64,000 nucleotides of DNA, taken from the NCBI GenBank assembly GCA_046757025.1, contig JBHHXN010000012.1:1-64000 (forward strand), given 5' to 3'. Below are positions 30,461 through 39,829 of this stretch, piece by piece. How positions within the stretch are numbered: position 1 is the stretch's first letter; every line of letters starts with the position of its first letter. A program made the position numbers and the translations under genes. The DNA comes from a bacterium. Its GTDB lineage: Bacteria > Zhuqueibacterota > Zhuqueibacteria > Oceanimicrobiales > Oceanimicrobiaceae. The notes under the pieces were generated by a model. That model did not search any database and had not been told where the DNA came from. It worked only from the letters and a program-made list of their open reading frames with translations.

Positions 30461-31018
30461 TCAAACCGGTTCAATCACCACCCCATTCTCTGAACTCAAA
30501 ATACAAACCTGCTCACATACTCCGCAGCCGGTACAGGTACTGGCATCGATAACCGGCCGGTTAAATTCCAGAAGCATCGCCCGACGCTTTAAGGGACAGG
30601 CGTCGTAACACGTCATGCAGTAACTGCCGGTGTAAGCCAGACAGACGTCTTCCCGAAATACAGCCAGCCCAATTTTGGGGAACGCGTTCCCTGCCGGCGG
30701 CAGCAGAGCCTGCTGGTTGCAGGTATGGGTACACGGCAGCTCCTCGCACATGATGCAGGGCTGATCGCGGGGCACTATCATGGCGACGTTTTGGCCGGAC
30801 ACCGCATCCTTTTTTATTTGAATGGCGTCCACCGGACAACTGGCAGCGCAATCCCCACAGGCAGCACACTTCTCTGTGAAATCTTTTGCGGCGCCGGGTG
30901 GATAAATTTGCCGAGGCAGCTCCTTGATTTCCGCCGGCAGCCGGGCGTCGAGGACTTTTGCTGCCGCGCCGAATGCGGCCTTAAAGGACTTGGTAAAAAA
31001 CTCTTTGCGCGAAATCAT
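30461..31018 (-). CDS. napF: Ferredoxin-type protein NapF/NapG-like
   Basis: MISRKEFF, PPGA, four Cys clusters (CAACGDCAASCP...CTGCGVCEQVC); last gene of the nap cluster; start 31018. Confidence 0.7.
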   Translation of the reverse strand: MISRKEFFTKSFKAAFGAAAKVLDARLPAEIKELPRQIYPPGAAKDFTEKCAACGDCAASCPVDAIQIKKDAVSGQNVAMIVPRDQPCIMCEELPCTHTCNQQALLPPAGNAFPKIGLAVFREDVCLAYTGSYCMTCYDACPLKRRAMLLEFNRPVIDASTCTGCGVCEQVCILSSENGVVIEPV

Positions 31019-31023
31019 GCAGT

Positions 31024-31413
31024 TTACTTCGGTTGAATTTTCTCGAAGGAATTGGCCACTTTGAAATCTCTGTCTGTGGCGGAATCCTCGACCACCGGCA
31101 GATGACACTGCAAACAGTTGTGCCGTTGCGGATGCAGGGTCTGAATAATTTCGTCTTTTTGCTCCGGATCGTTGTGACACTCCAGGCAATCCTCTCCGCC
31201 ATTCAACGTTTGTTCGATATCCTCGCCGATGGCGACCGGGTGGTCTTGTGGAATCATGGGCGGCGCGGCAAACGATGCCACGTGCTCCTTCAGCACTAGC
31301 TGCAAATTCAGGCTATCCGCAGCAGTTAAAGGCTCGTTGGATACTTTGGTTTTTTGCTGACAGGCCATAAAAACCAATATCATAAAAGATACCGATAGAA
31401 TTTTTTTAAACAT
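31024..31413 (-). CDS. napB: Diheme cytochrome c subunit of periplasmic nitrate reductase
   Basis: APPMIP, CLECH, HPQRHNCLQCH; lipobox FMAC. Confidence 0.8.
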   Translation of the reverse strand: MFKKILSVSFMILVFMACQQKTKVSNEPLTAADSLNLQLVLKEHVASFAAPPMIPQDHPVAIGEDIEQTLNGGEDCLECHNDPEQKDEIIQTLHPQRHNCLQCHLPVVEDSATDRDFKVANSFEKIQPK

Positions 31414-31422
31414 TGTTCGCTC

Positions 31423-32325
31423 CTATTTTATTTTCAATCCAGGATTCAACGCGTTTTGCGGACAGGCGTCCACACAATTGAAACAGTTGCTGCAAATGCC
31501 CTCCATCACCCAACGGCTTTTACCCTGAACCGGGGCTTGCAGCACTTCGGAAACAAAACAAACCGCAAAACACTCCCCGCAATTATCACAAGCCTGGTGA
31601 TCGATTTGAACCTTGACAGGCGATTGCCGCCCAACAAGAGAATACAGCGCGCCCACCGGACAGGTGAATTTGCACCACCAATTTTTTGCAACAAATAGGT
31701 CGATGAGCAAAATGGTTAAGACGATCCAAAGAGAACTGTTGAATAAAAAGCGCCAACGCTCGGTTTGCGGATTCAAAATCACTTCCTTTTCATTGCCAAA
31801 AGCTCCGCCAGATTCCAGCGCTAATTCGCTGCCAAACACCGCTCTTGGATAATCCAGTCCCAGGGCAATATTCTGGCTCACAATCCCAATAGGCGAAAAG
31901 AGCTCGAAAATCGGCCGGGAAGTCAGCAAACTCAACAGCAGAACGAACACCAGGAGCCAGTATTTTTGCGCGGGTTTGGGTTGATAATTGAAAACCGCGA
32001 TGCGCTTATGCAGTTTTTCTGCATATTCTGCAAACAGGAACATCGGGCAAACCCAGCCGCAAAAAACCCGGCCACCAACCAAAAAATAAAACACTAACAC
32101 CAAAATCGCACCCACAGTCAGCGACAGATAAAGATTTCTGGTCGCCAGAAAATAATCCAAAGCCGCCAGCGGATCGGTGAGAGGCAAACCAAACACCTCC
32201 GCGGAAATCAACGTGCCATGAAAAAAGCGAAATCCCAGAGCCGGTGAAAAAAGCACCAGCACAACCGTGATTTGCACTGCCCGCCGCGCTATTTTCCACT
32301 TGTTCTGTTTCATCCAGGTAATCAT
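31423..32325 (-). CDS. napH: Quinol dehydrogenase membrane subunit NapH
   Basis: LTDPLA, GRVFCGWVCP, WCKFTCPVG, two C-terminal 4Fe-4S motifs. Confidence 0.9.
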   Translation of the reverse strand: MITWMKQNKWKIARRAVQITVVLVLFSPALGFRFFHGTLISAEVFGLPLTDPLAALDYFLATRNLYLSLTVGAILVLVFYFLVGGRVFCGWVCPMFLFAEYAEKLHKRIAVFNYQPKPAQKYWLLVFVLLLSLLTSRPIFELFSPIGIVSQNIALGLDYPRAVFGSELALESGGAFGNEKEVILNPQTERWRFLFNSSLWIVLTILLIDLFVAKNWWCKFTCPVGALYSLVGRQSPVKVQIDHQACDNCGECFAVCFVSEVLQAPVQGKSRWVMEGICSNCFNCVDACPQNALNPGLKIK

Positions 32326-32340
32326 GATTTTTTTGACGAT

Positions 32341-32979
32341 TCACCCACTCTGGTAAATATAGTGTTTCGATTTCGCTCCGCGCTGCGACCTTACCACCGT
32401 GATGGCCGGCGCATCCAAAGGACACGCGTTTTCACAAATGCCGCAGCCGGTGCACAAAGCTTTGTGTACCACCGGCTCGAAAACCGTGTGTCGCTTCGTC
32501 CGGGCCTGCTCGTGTTTTTGCAGAGTGATGGCTTTGTCAATGAACGGACAGACGCGGTAGCAAATTTCGCAGCGTATGCCGTTCAGCGACAGGCACGCTT
32601 CTCTGTCCGTAATCACGGCGGTACCGATGTTTGACTGATGCACGTCGTTGAGTGCGTGGTCCAGGGCGTCGGTGGGACAAGCCGAAATGCAGGGCAAATC
32701 CTCGCACATATAGCAGGGCACTTCTCGAAATTCGATAAAAGGTGTGCCGCTGCTGTGTCCATCATTCGCACTGCCCAGCACCAGCGTGTTGTAAGGACAA
32801 GCCTGCACGCATTTGGCACAACGGATACAGGCCGCGAGAAACGCGTTTTCGGGTAAAGCTCCCGGTGGCCGAAAGTAAAGTTTATTGCGCGAACCCAGCA
32901 ATTTCAGCAACGACAAACCAACGGCGCTGCCGACAGCGGTTATGGCCAGACCCTTTTTAATAAAATCGCGTCTTTCCAT
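32341..32979 (-). CDS. napG: Ferredoxin-type protein NapG
   Basis: TAT motif RRDFIK, RPPGAL.E..FL..CIRC, PCYMCED.PC, four Fe-S motifs. Confidence 0.9.
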   Translation of the reverse strand: MERRDFIKKGLAITAVGSAVGLSLLKLLGSRNKLYFRPPGALPENAFLAACIRCAKCVQACPYNTLVLGSANDGHSSGTPFIEFREVPCYMCEDLPCISACPTDALDHALNDVHQSNIGTAVITDREACLSLNGIRCEICYRVCPFIDKAITLQKHEQARTKRHTVFEPVVHKALCTGCGICENACPLDAPAITVVRSQRGAKSKHYIYQSG

Positions 32980-33057
32980 GGTACTCAATCGACTCTCCAA
33001 TCAGTTGCGGCATGTCAATCCGAATGAATTTCATGCAACCAAAATTGAACAGCGCCC

Positions 33058-35571
33058 TCAAACCACTTTCGCAATTTTCACCGCGCATTTTTTGTAGTCC
33101 GGCTCTTTTGAAATGGGGCAGTAGGAATCCAGTGTCACTTCGTTTACCAGCCGGGTCTCGTCGAAAAAAGGAATAAACACGCTGCCCTGAGCCGGGATAG
33201 ATCTGCCGTTGACATCCGCTGGAAAAACCACGCTGCCGCGCCGGGAGGTCACCCGCACCAGATCGCCGCGTTTGATGCCCAATCGTTTGGCGTCTTTGGG
33301 ATTGAGGTTCACCACTGCGCGCGGTACCGCCCGCCGCAGCTCCGGCACACGCATGGTCATGCTGCCGGTATGCCAGTGCTCGAGCACGCGTCCCGTGCAC
33401 AGCCAGAAGGGATAGACCGTATCGGGTTCTTCGGCTGCCGGTTCATAAGGCACGGCCAGCACAGTGGCTCGATAATCATTTTTCTTGGCTTTGTAGAAAA
33501 CAATTCCGTCTTTGAATTTTCGCTCCGGATTCTCTTTGATAAATTTCGCCGCGTACGGATCAAATTGGGCATTGTAGCGCCATTTGACGGAAATAAAATC
33601 GCCGTCGTCCCCTTCGGTAGCTTCTAATCCGGTCCAGACATCGCTGAAGTCCACTTGCTTATTCACCGCTTTATCCTTGTGCACATACGGCCAGACCACT
33701 CCGTGTTTCTCGCGCAAAACCGCGTACGGCGCCAGGTCTTTCCCCACGCCCAGGGAAAAGCGGCGATATTCTTCCCACAACTCCTCGTAAAAATTATCTT
33801 CATCAAAATGATAAATGACGTCAGCCAGCGTGCGGCCGTCAGCCAATTTCAAACGTTTGGCCACTTCCCACATCTGCCAGATCTCGGTTTTGGCCTGGCC
33901 GGGGGCATCCGCGATTTTGTTCCAGTGCTGGGTGCGGCGCTCGGCATTGCCGTAGGCGCCCTCCTTTTCGGTCCACATGGCCGAAGGCAGCACCACATCC
34001 GCCAGCTCGGTGGTGCAGGTGGGATAGACATCGGAAACGATGATGAACACCTCGCGCTCTTTTGCGGCCTTGCGGTAGCGGTTGAGGTTGGGCATGGACT
34101 GAAACGGGTTGGTCACCTGCGTCCACAGCAGTTTGATTTTGCCGTTATCGATGGCCCGAAACATTTCCACCGTGTGCAGACCGGGTTTGGGATTGATTTT
34201 CTCCACGGGAATGCCCCAGATCTCAGCCGCTTTTTTGCGGTGCACCTCATTGGCCACCACCATATCGGCTGGCAAACGATGCGCAAACGTTCCGACCTCC
34301 CGGGCGGTACCGCAGGCGCTGGGTTGGCCGGTTAAAGAAAACGGCCCCATGCCGGGCTTGGAAATCTTGCCGGTCAGAAGATGGATATTGTACACCAGAT
34401 GGTTGACCCAGGTGCCGCGCGAATGCTGGTTGAACCCCATGGTCCAGAAAGAAACCACTTTTCTTTTCGGATCCGCAATGAGTTTGGCGGCTTCGCGCAG
34501 ATAATCCACCGGCACGCCCGAAAGTTTGGACACGTATTCTGCTGTGTATTTGGAGACAAATTTTTTGTACTCCGAAAATTGAATGGGCGTCATTTTGCCG
34601 GCGGTTTTCGGGATATCCGCGCCGCCGTCTTTCAAACCGTAGCCAATGTTGGTTTCTCCTTTTTTAAAGACCACACTGGCGTCGATGAATTCCTGATCGT
34701 AAAGGTGATTCTGAATGATATAATTGGCAAAATAATTGGCGATGGCCAGGTCGGTTTGCGGACGAAACTCCAAATACAGATCGGCTTCTTCGGAAACACG
34801 CGTGTACTGGGTCCCGATATCCACAATTTTAACCTGCTCGGGATTCTTTAATTTGGTATCCATGATACGAGAAAACAGCACCGGGTGCTGTTCTGCCATG
34901 TTGGCGCCCCAGAGCACAAAGGTGTCGGCGTGCTCGATGTCCTCATAACTTCCCATGGGCTCATCCGATTGGAAGGTGCGCATAAAAGCCGCCACCGCGC
35001 TGGCCATGCACATGCGGGCGTTGGGCTCCAGGTGATTGGACCCCACGCCATCTTTTGAAATAAAACCCAAACCGGCTTTCATGAATTTGACCGCGGCGTA
35101 GCCTTCGAAAATCGTCCACTGCCCGGAACCGAACATGGCTACCGCATCGGAGCCGTGATTTTTCAGCACTTCTTCATATTTTGATGCGATAAGATCCAGC
35201 GCTTCTTCCCAGGTGGCTTCGGTCAATTTACCGTTTTTTCGAATCAAAGGCGTGGTCAGGCGATCCTGGCCGTAAAGGATTTTGGCCAAAAAATAGCCTT
35301 TGACACAATTCAAACCTTTGTTTGACCAGCAGTCTGGATCGCCTTTAGTGGCCACGAGTTTGCCGTTTTTACGGCCTACCAAAACCCCGCAGCCGGTTCC
35401 GCAAAAACGGCATACCGCTTTGTCCCACTCGATCCCCAGTTGATCAACTTCCCCGCCGGCCGCCTGTTTCAGCGGTTCATCTTTGCTGCTTTCACAAGAC
35501 GAAAGCAACGAAGCCGCGGCAATGGAGGCAGCCGTGGATTTCAGAAATTGTCGCCTGTTTAAATTATTCAT
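33058..35571 (-). CDS. napA: Periplasmic nitrate reductase catalytic subunit
   Basis: TAT RRQFLK; CRFCGTGC...NCVKG; FGSGQWT; NARMCMASA (Mo-ligating Cys); GQPSACGTAREVG; SKEPDYKKCAV. Confidence 0.97.
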   Translation of the reverse strand: MNNLNRRQFLKSTAASIAAASLLSSCESSKDEPLKQAAGGEVDQLGIEWDKAVCRFCGTGCGVLVGRKNGKLVATKGDPDCWSNKGLNCVKGYFLAKILYGQDRLTTPLIRKNGKLTEATWEEALDLIASKYEEVLKNHGSDAVAMFGSGQWTIFEGYAAVKFMKAGLGFISKDGVGSNHLEPNARMCMASAVAAFMRTFQSDEPMGSYEDIEHADTFVLWGANMAEQHPVLFSRIMDTKLKNPEQVKIVDIGTQYTRVSEEADLYLEFRPQTDLAIANYFANYIIQNHLYDQEFIDASVVFKKGETNIGYGLKDGGADIPKTAGKMTPIQFSEYKKFVSKYTAEYVSKLSGVPVDYLREAAKLIADPKRKVVSFWTMGFNQHSRGTWVNHLVYNIHLLTGKISKPGMGPFSLTGQPSACGTAREVGTFAHRLPADMVVANEVHRKKAAEIWGIPVEKINPKPGLHTVEMFRAIDNGKIKLLWTQVTNPFQSMPNLNRYRKAAKEREVFIIVSDVYPTCTTELADVVLPSAMWTEKEGAYGNAERRTQHWNKIADAPGQAKTEIWQMWEVAKRLKLADGRTLADVIYHFDEDNFYEELWEEYRRFSLGVGKDLAPYAVLREKHGVVWPYVHKDKAVNKQVDFSDVWTGLEATEGDDGDFISVKWRYNAQFDPYAAKFIKENPERKFKDGIVFYKAKKNDYRATVLAVPYEPAAEEPDTVYPFWLCTGRVLEHWHTGSMTMRVPELRRAVPRAVVNLNPKDAKRLGIKRGDLVRVTSRRGSVVFPADVNGRSIPAQGSVFIPFFDETRLVNEVTLDSYCPISKEPDYKKCAVKIAKVV

Positions 35572-35663
35572 ATTCAACTCCCCTGTGTTTAATCCTCAGG
35601 TTATTTTTTACAGTTATTAATGTGGCATTATAAACTGTCATTAACTGAATGACTCGTTTGAAA

Positions 35664-35930
35664 TTACGACGAATTCATCACACTGCCAAAATTTTCCTGT
35701 ACTTCGTCTTCAAAAAAATGGGCCAGCAGTTCCAGATTGGAGACGCCGGGCGTGGCGCGAATTTCATCGCTGATGGCCACAGCCTGTTCGGTGGTCTCCG
35801 TTTCCAGCACCAGCGCGATTTTTGAATGGCGGTGATCGACGATTTCGATGCCGGGCTGCCCTTGAATTTCAGCTATGACGTTTTCCAGAAATTCAGAACG
35901 GCAGTGAATCAGCAAGCTTGCGATAACCAT
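35664..35930 (-). CDS. napD: NapA signal-peptide chaperone NapD
   Basis: 88 aa, IASLLI...PGIEI...KIALVLE; directly upstream of napA. Confidence 0.85.
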   Translation of the reverse strand: MVIASLLIHCRSEFLENVIAEIQGQPGIEIVDHRHSKIALVLETETTEQAVAISDEIRATPGVSNLELLAHFFEDEVQENFGSVMNSS

Positions 35931-35959
35931 TTTTTTACCTGTAATATGTGATTTTTTCC

Positions 35960-37210
35960 CTAATGCTCTTTCGATTCCTGGTGCCGGTGCCGCAGCTCTT
36001 CGGCCAGAGCTTTGATCTCCGTGAGGTCGCGCACCATTTCGCTCCAGCCGTACCAGAGCGCGTAATCCGGGTTGGCGTGAAACACGCCCTGAAAGGCCCG
36101 CATGCGGTGCTTGAGATGCATGACAAACAGTTTTTGCTCGATGACCGTGGGCGCGTCATGAAAAGTCAGGAGATCGGGAAAATCGTACGCATAACTTTCG
36201 GGTTTTTTAAGAACGCCGTCTTTGTATAAATCGGCAACGATACGGATGCCTTCCGCCAGCAGGTGGTCGATTTCTTTGACCATTTCATCGCCTTTTCCCA
36301 ACTCAGCACGGGCAAAATTTTCAGAATGGCAATCGCTGCAAACACTGAGCATTTTGTCGCGTTCGGTCTGCCAGGCTTCCTGGGTGAGTCGCGCCACATC
36401 GGCTTGTTTGACAACTTCCAGCCGCGCCGTAGGATTGCCTTGTGGATCCAGCACACCCAAAGCCTGCAGAATGGTCACCTGATCGGCTTGCCACTGGGGC
36501 TCTTCTGGTAAGGGCAGACGCACAGCCAGAAAGCCCCAGGCGGTACGCACCTCGTGGTTGCCATTCTGCATGTGACAGGTCTGGCAGGTGGGCGCCGACA
36601 CATTTTCAGGCAGGGTTTTGTTCTGTTTCAACAAATAGCGCACGCCGTGCTTGGAAGACGAGTACATCTCCCACTGCGGATGATCGAATCCCATGTGGCA
36701 GGTCTGGCAGGCTTGCGGCTGTCGAGCTTCCTGCACTGAAAACGTATGACGCGTGTGGCAAGCATCACAGGAAGCGACACCAAAACCGGCGCCGTTTTTT
36801 TTTAGCTCCTTAATTTCTTCGTCGCTTTTCAAGCCGATCTTGTGACAGCCGCCGCAGCCCTTCATGCCTTCTGACAACGCAGCAGGCAACCCGTGCGTGG
36901 TGGGCATGGCATTCATGGCTGCCCAGGCAAGGGCGTGTTTGCCCTTTTTGTACTCCTCTACCCTATCCTCGTGACAGTCTGCACACGTCGCCGGCGTGGG
37001 AATTTCGACCTTATCCACATCTGTTGCACTGGTGTGCCCCTCTCCGTGGCATACGCCGCAAGTGACTTCGTTTTCGTTGTGTTTGCTCAACTGCCAATCG
37101 GACACGATGTTCGGCGTTACCTGCTTGTGGCAGTCCACACACTCTTGCGCTGACGCCATTGCTGTAAAGACCAAACAAATTATCCATAACATCCGTTTTT
37201 TACCTATCAT
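35960..37210 (-). CDS. Compact octaheme HAO-family cytochrome c
   Basis: 8 CxxCH; CDACHTRHTFS, CQTCHMGFDHPQWEMY..SKHG, APTCQTCHM; C-terminal FHANPDYALWYGW. Confidence 0.88.
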   Translation of the reverse strand: MIGKKRMLWIICLVFTAMASAQECVDCHKQVTPNIVSDWQLSKHNENEVTCGVCHGEGHTSATDVDKVEIPTPATCADCHEDRVEEYKKGKHALAWAAMNAMPTTHGLPAALSEGMKGCGGCHKIGLKSDEEIKELKKNGAGFGVASCDACHTRHTFSVQEARQPQACQTCHMGFDHPQWEMYSSSKHGVRYLLKQNKTLPENVSAPTCQTCHMQNGNHEVRTAWGFLAVRLPLPEEPQWQADQVTILQALGVLDPQGNPTARLEVVKQADVARLTQEAWQTERDKMLSVCSDCHSENFARAELGKGDEMVKEIDHLLAEGIRIVADLYKDGVLKKPESYAYDFPDLLTFHDAPTVIEQKLFVMHLKHRMRAFQGVFHANPDYALWYGWSEMVRDLTEIKALAEELRHRHQESKEH

Positions 37211-37373
37211 GTCATTCTCCTCCTCAAATTAAATGTTTATTTTATATCTTGAAGTAAAGATAAAATAACTGTCTTTCAATACTTATGACATAAATTTCAA
37301 TTTCAATTTCTGCCAGGCATTTACCGCATTTTAGTCATTTTCTCGCGAATCGCCTCATGTTCTGAATCGTCAG

Positions 37374-37389
37374 TACAATCATCGTACCA
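37374..37389 (-). promoter_or_regulatory. Sigma54-like promoter of HAO-like/nap operon
   Basis: Minus strand TGGTACGATGATTGTA. Confidence 0.65.
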
Positions 37390-37500
37390 ATTTGTCCGAT
37401 TTGAGATCGCTTAGAAAAAAGTTCAAGTTTAAGTCTTAAATTTCAGTAAGTTACAAAAAGTCTGTTTAAGGCTGGCGGGATTTACAGAAAAGTCAACAAG

Positions 37501-37613
37501 TTTTAAAAGGGACAAATTTGTCCCTTTTAAAAGCAACCCTTTCAGGGAAGGTACTGTTTTTAAATAGCCTGCCAACTGAGACATTCACTTCTCAGCAGAG
37601 GTAAATTTGCCCC
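37501..37613. promoter_or_regulatory. Enhancer-like operator boxes (GDGACA-N4-TGTCHC)
   Basis: Perfect 32-bp palindrome 37501-37532 containing GGGACA-AATT-TGTCCC; degenerate boxes at 37578 and 37598. Confidence 0.65.
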
Positions 37614-37655
37614 TCTTTTAAGCTATTGTTTGATTTAAATATTGGGGGGAATCAG

Positions 37656-37700
37656 AAAAAATAAAAAAACGCGTGCAGAAGTATGGCTGCTACACGCGTT
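37656..37700 (-). terminator. Intrinsic terminator
   Basis: AAACGCGTG...CACGCGTTT stem with long T run on the minus strand, downstream of the 37775 gene. Confidence 0.75.
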
Positions 37701-37774
37701 TATCAGTTATTAAAGGGCAACACCTTTTAATCGGTCAGGGTTTGGTGCTCGCCTCCTCCTCCACTCACCTTAAG

Positions 37775-39001
37775 CTACGGTTTTTCCTTAAATCCTTTTA
37801 AGCTGTTGAAAAACGCAAAAAGATCCTGCATCTCACTCCGATTAAATTGCGGCCATTCTACATTGAACTCCTGCATTCTTTTCTGCATGTTGGGGGCATG
37901 GTTCCACATCACCTGCACCATTTTGATGGGTGTGTCGATGGATTTCATGTCGACGACTTTGGGCGCCGGAATCTGGCTTTCCTGTTCGTGACAGTTGGCA
38001 CAACCTCGGTTATTGAAAAGTTTTTTGCCTTTTCCGGCATTACCATTTTGTTCGAGAAAGTGCAAATAATAAAGGTATGAAATCAGATCGGCAATTTCAC
38101 TGCCTTGAAATTCTGGCCAATCCATCTTGACTTTACGCATATTCTCCATCATTTTTTCGCCGTGATTCCACATCATACCGGCGATTTCGGTCACACTTTT
38201 GTTGAAATTCAAATCCATGAGATCCGGGCCAATCTCCCCTCCCTGACCGTTCACGGAATGACAGCGCAAACACCCTTTGCTTGCCAGCAATTCCTTGCCG
38301 GAAGCCGGATTGCCGGCCTTCATATAAACCTCTGCAGACGGTGACTCCATTCTCAGGATGCGCAAATAGTTGGTGAGATCGACGATTTCCTCTTCATTGA
38401 ATTTGGGCCATTTTATCCGCAGCTCTTTCATTTTATTCATCATGTCCGGGCCGTGATTCCACATGGACTCCGCCATAAACAACGGGGAAATGTACTCAGG
38501 TAATTTATCCAGTTGCCGGGCAATTTTACCGCCTTTGCCATGCACGCTATGACAATTCAAGCAGCCCTTTTCCGTGAGCAACTTTTTGCCTTTCAGTACG
38601 TTACCCGTTTTTTTGTAGTATCTTTGAAAATAAAGGAAAGACATGACTTGCGCCATTTCATCTTCAGTAAATTGCGCACGGGCGATGTGCATTTGTTCCA
38701 TGATTTCGCTCATGATTGGGGAATGATTCCAGAGTGCCGCTGCCAGATCAAACGCGTTGCCAAAAAATTCATTCCAGCCAAAATCGGGGCCAACCTCCCC
38801 CCCTTCTCCGCGAATGGCATGGCAATTCTGGCATCCTTTTTTCTCAAATAATTGTTTGCCCAAATTAGGGTCGGCGCTGAGAAAACTTTCCTGGGCAAAT
38901 AGAAACGACACCAGCACGATGCCCAACAAAAATAATAAAAAAAGTTTAAAAACAGATAGCTTTAAAAATTGAAAAAGTCGGCTTTGGTGGTGGGGATACA
39001 T
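37775..39001 (-). CDS. Cytochrome c with four tandem class I-like monoheme domains
   Basis: Four repeats of G..LF..KGCxxCH...WNH.(P/E).M; N-terminal TM/signal. Confidence 0.85.
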   Translation of the reverse strand: MYPHHQSRLFQFLKLSVFKLFLLFLLGIVLVSFLFAQESFLSADPNLGKQLFEKKGCQNCHAIRGEGGEVGPDFGWNEFFGNAFDLAAALWNHSPIMSEIMEQMHIARAQFTEDEMAQVMSFLYFQRYYKKTGNVLKGKKLLTEKGCLNCHSVHGKGGKIARQLDKLPEYISPLFMAESMWNHGPDMMNKMKELRIKWPKFNEEEIVDLTNYLRILRMESPSAEVYMKAGNPASGKELLASKGCLRCHSVNGQGGEIGPDLMDLNFNKSVTEIAGMMWNHGEKMMENMRKVKMDWPEFQGSEIADLISYLYYLHFLEQNGNAGKGKKLFNNRGCANCHEQESQIPAPKVVDMKSIDTPIKMVQVMWNHAPNMQKRMQEFNVEWPQFNRSEMQDLFAFFNSLKGFKEKP

Positions 39002-39293
39002 GGCGCGCTCCTCCTGTTTTGTTTTCAGCTAAGTTTAATTTTGATAACGAATGCAATTACATCAAAATACTGTGGAAACAAAGCTTATCTCCGAGACAGA
39101 CCATTTCAAAAACATAAAGTGAGTGAGAAAACCTCACTTTGGAATAGCCGAGATCTGTTTCAGGAGAAAAGTCGCAGTAAATCAATCAATGAACTCCCTA
39201 CTAATTCACCAGGCAAAATCTCCGCCGGGAATTTTTTGAGTTTTACATTGTTCGCGATTTACTGGATTGTATTAATTGCTACAAAAGTTAATG

Positions 39294-39472
39294 TATCCTG
39301 AATAATTCATAGCCACGAAGTCACAATGACACAAAGTATTGTAAATATTGAGTAAAAGAGAATTCAATAGAATACCTTAGAAAACTCAGTTTTAGTTTCA
39401 CGCTTGTTGTAGATTATTTATTCTTAGTGACTTAGTGCCTTTGTGGCGAAAGTTTTTGAATAATGCAGGGTA
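39294..39472. mobile_element. MITE-like element
   Basis: Outer IR TATCCTGAATAATTCA / TGAATAATGCAGGGTA; inner IR GCCACGAAGTCACAATGACACAAAG / CTTAGTGACTTAGTGCCTTTGTGGC. Confidence 0.6.
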
Positions 39473-39599
39473 TATAAAATTGTAACTGATTAAACAGGTT
39501 TGGAGTTAATGACTTTGGCAATAATTTTAAAGATTTTATCGTTTTATGAGTAAAATGTTCCGGCATTTAATCAGGAAAATTTATTGTATTATGAAAACA

Positions 39600-39763
39600 A
39601 GACTATTGCAAATTTTGATAAAATCATCTCGATGGAAATGAAATGGTCTCATTCCCGATTGCCGCTATCGGGAATCTTTTGCCTAACTAAAGAGTGGATT
39701 CCCGCTTAAAGATCTTGCGGGAATGACGGTCATCATGCAAGGATGAGAAGTTTACAATAGTTT
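39600..39763. mobile_element. MITE-like element, same family as 814-972
   Basis: Ends AGACTATTG / CAATAGTTT; internal CATTCCCGA..TCGGGAATC and GATTCCCGC..GCGGGAATGAC hairpins. Confidence 0.7.
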
Positions 39764-39829
39764 AGAAATAAAACAATGTTGACCGCATGAAAATCAAATT
39801 TGTCTCGTAAATGAACTGACTTATAATAT

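Noticed and set aside
33655..34851. Long antisense ORFs within napA and other large genes (e.g. 17916-18527, 62644-63288)
   Set aside because: Shadow frames of well-supported genes on the opposite strand
26663..37210. Interpreting HAO-like, c554-like and anammox-like bc genes as evidence of ammonia oxidation or anammox
   Set aside because: No amo or hzs genes in the window; the nap context and C-terminal motifs favour a reductive role
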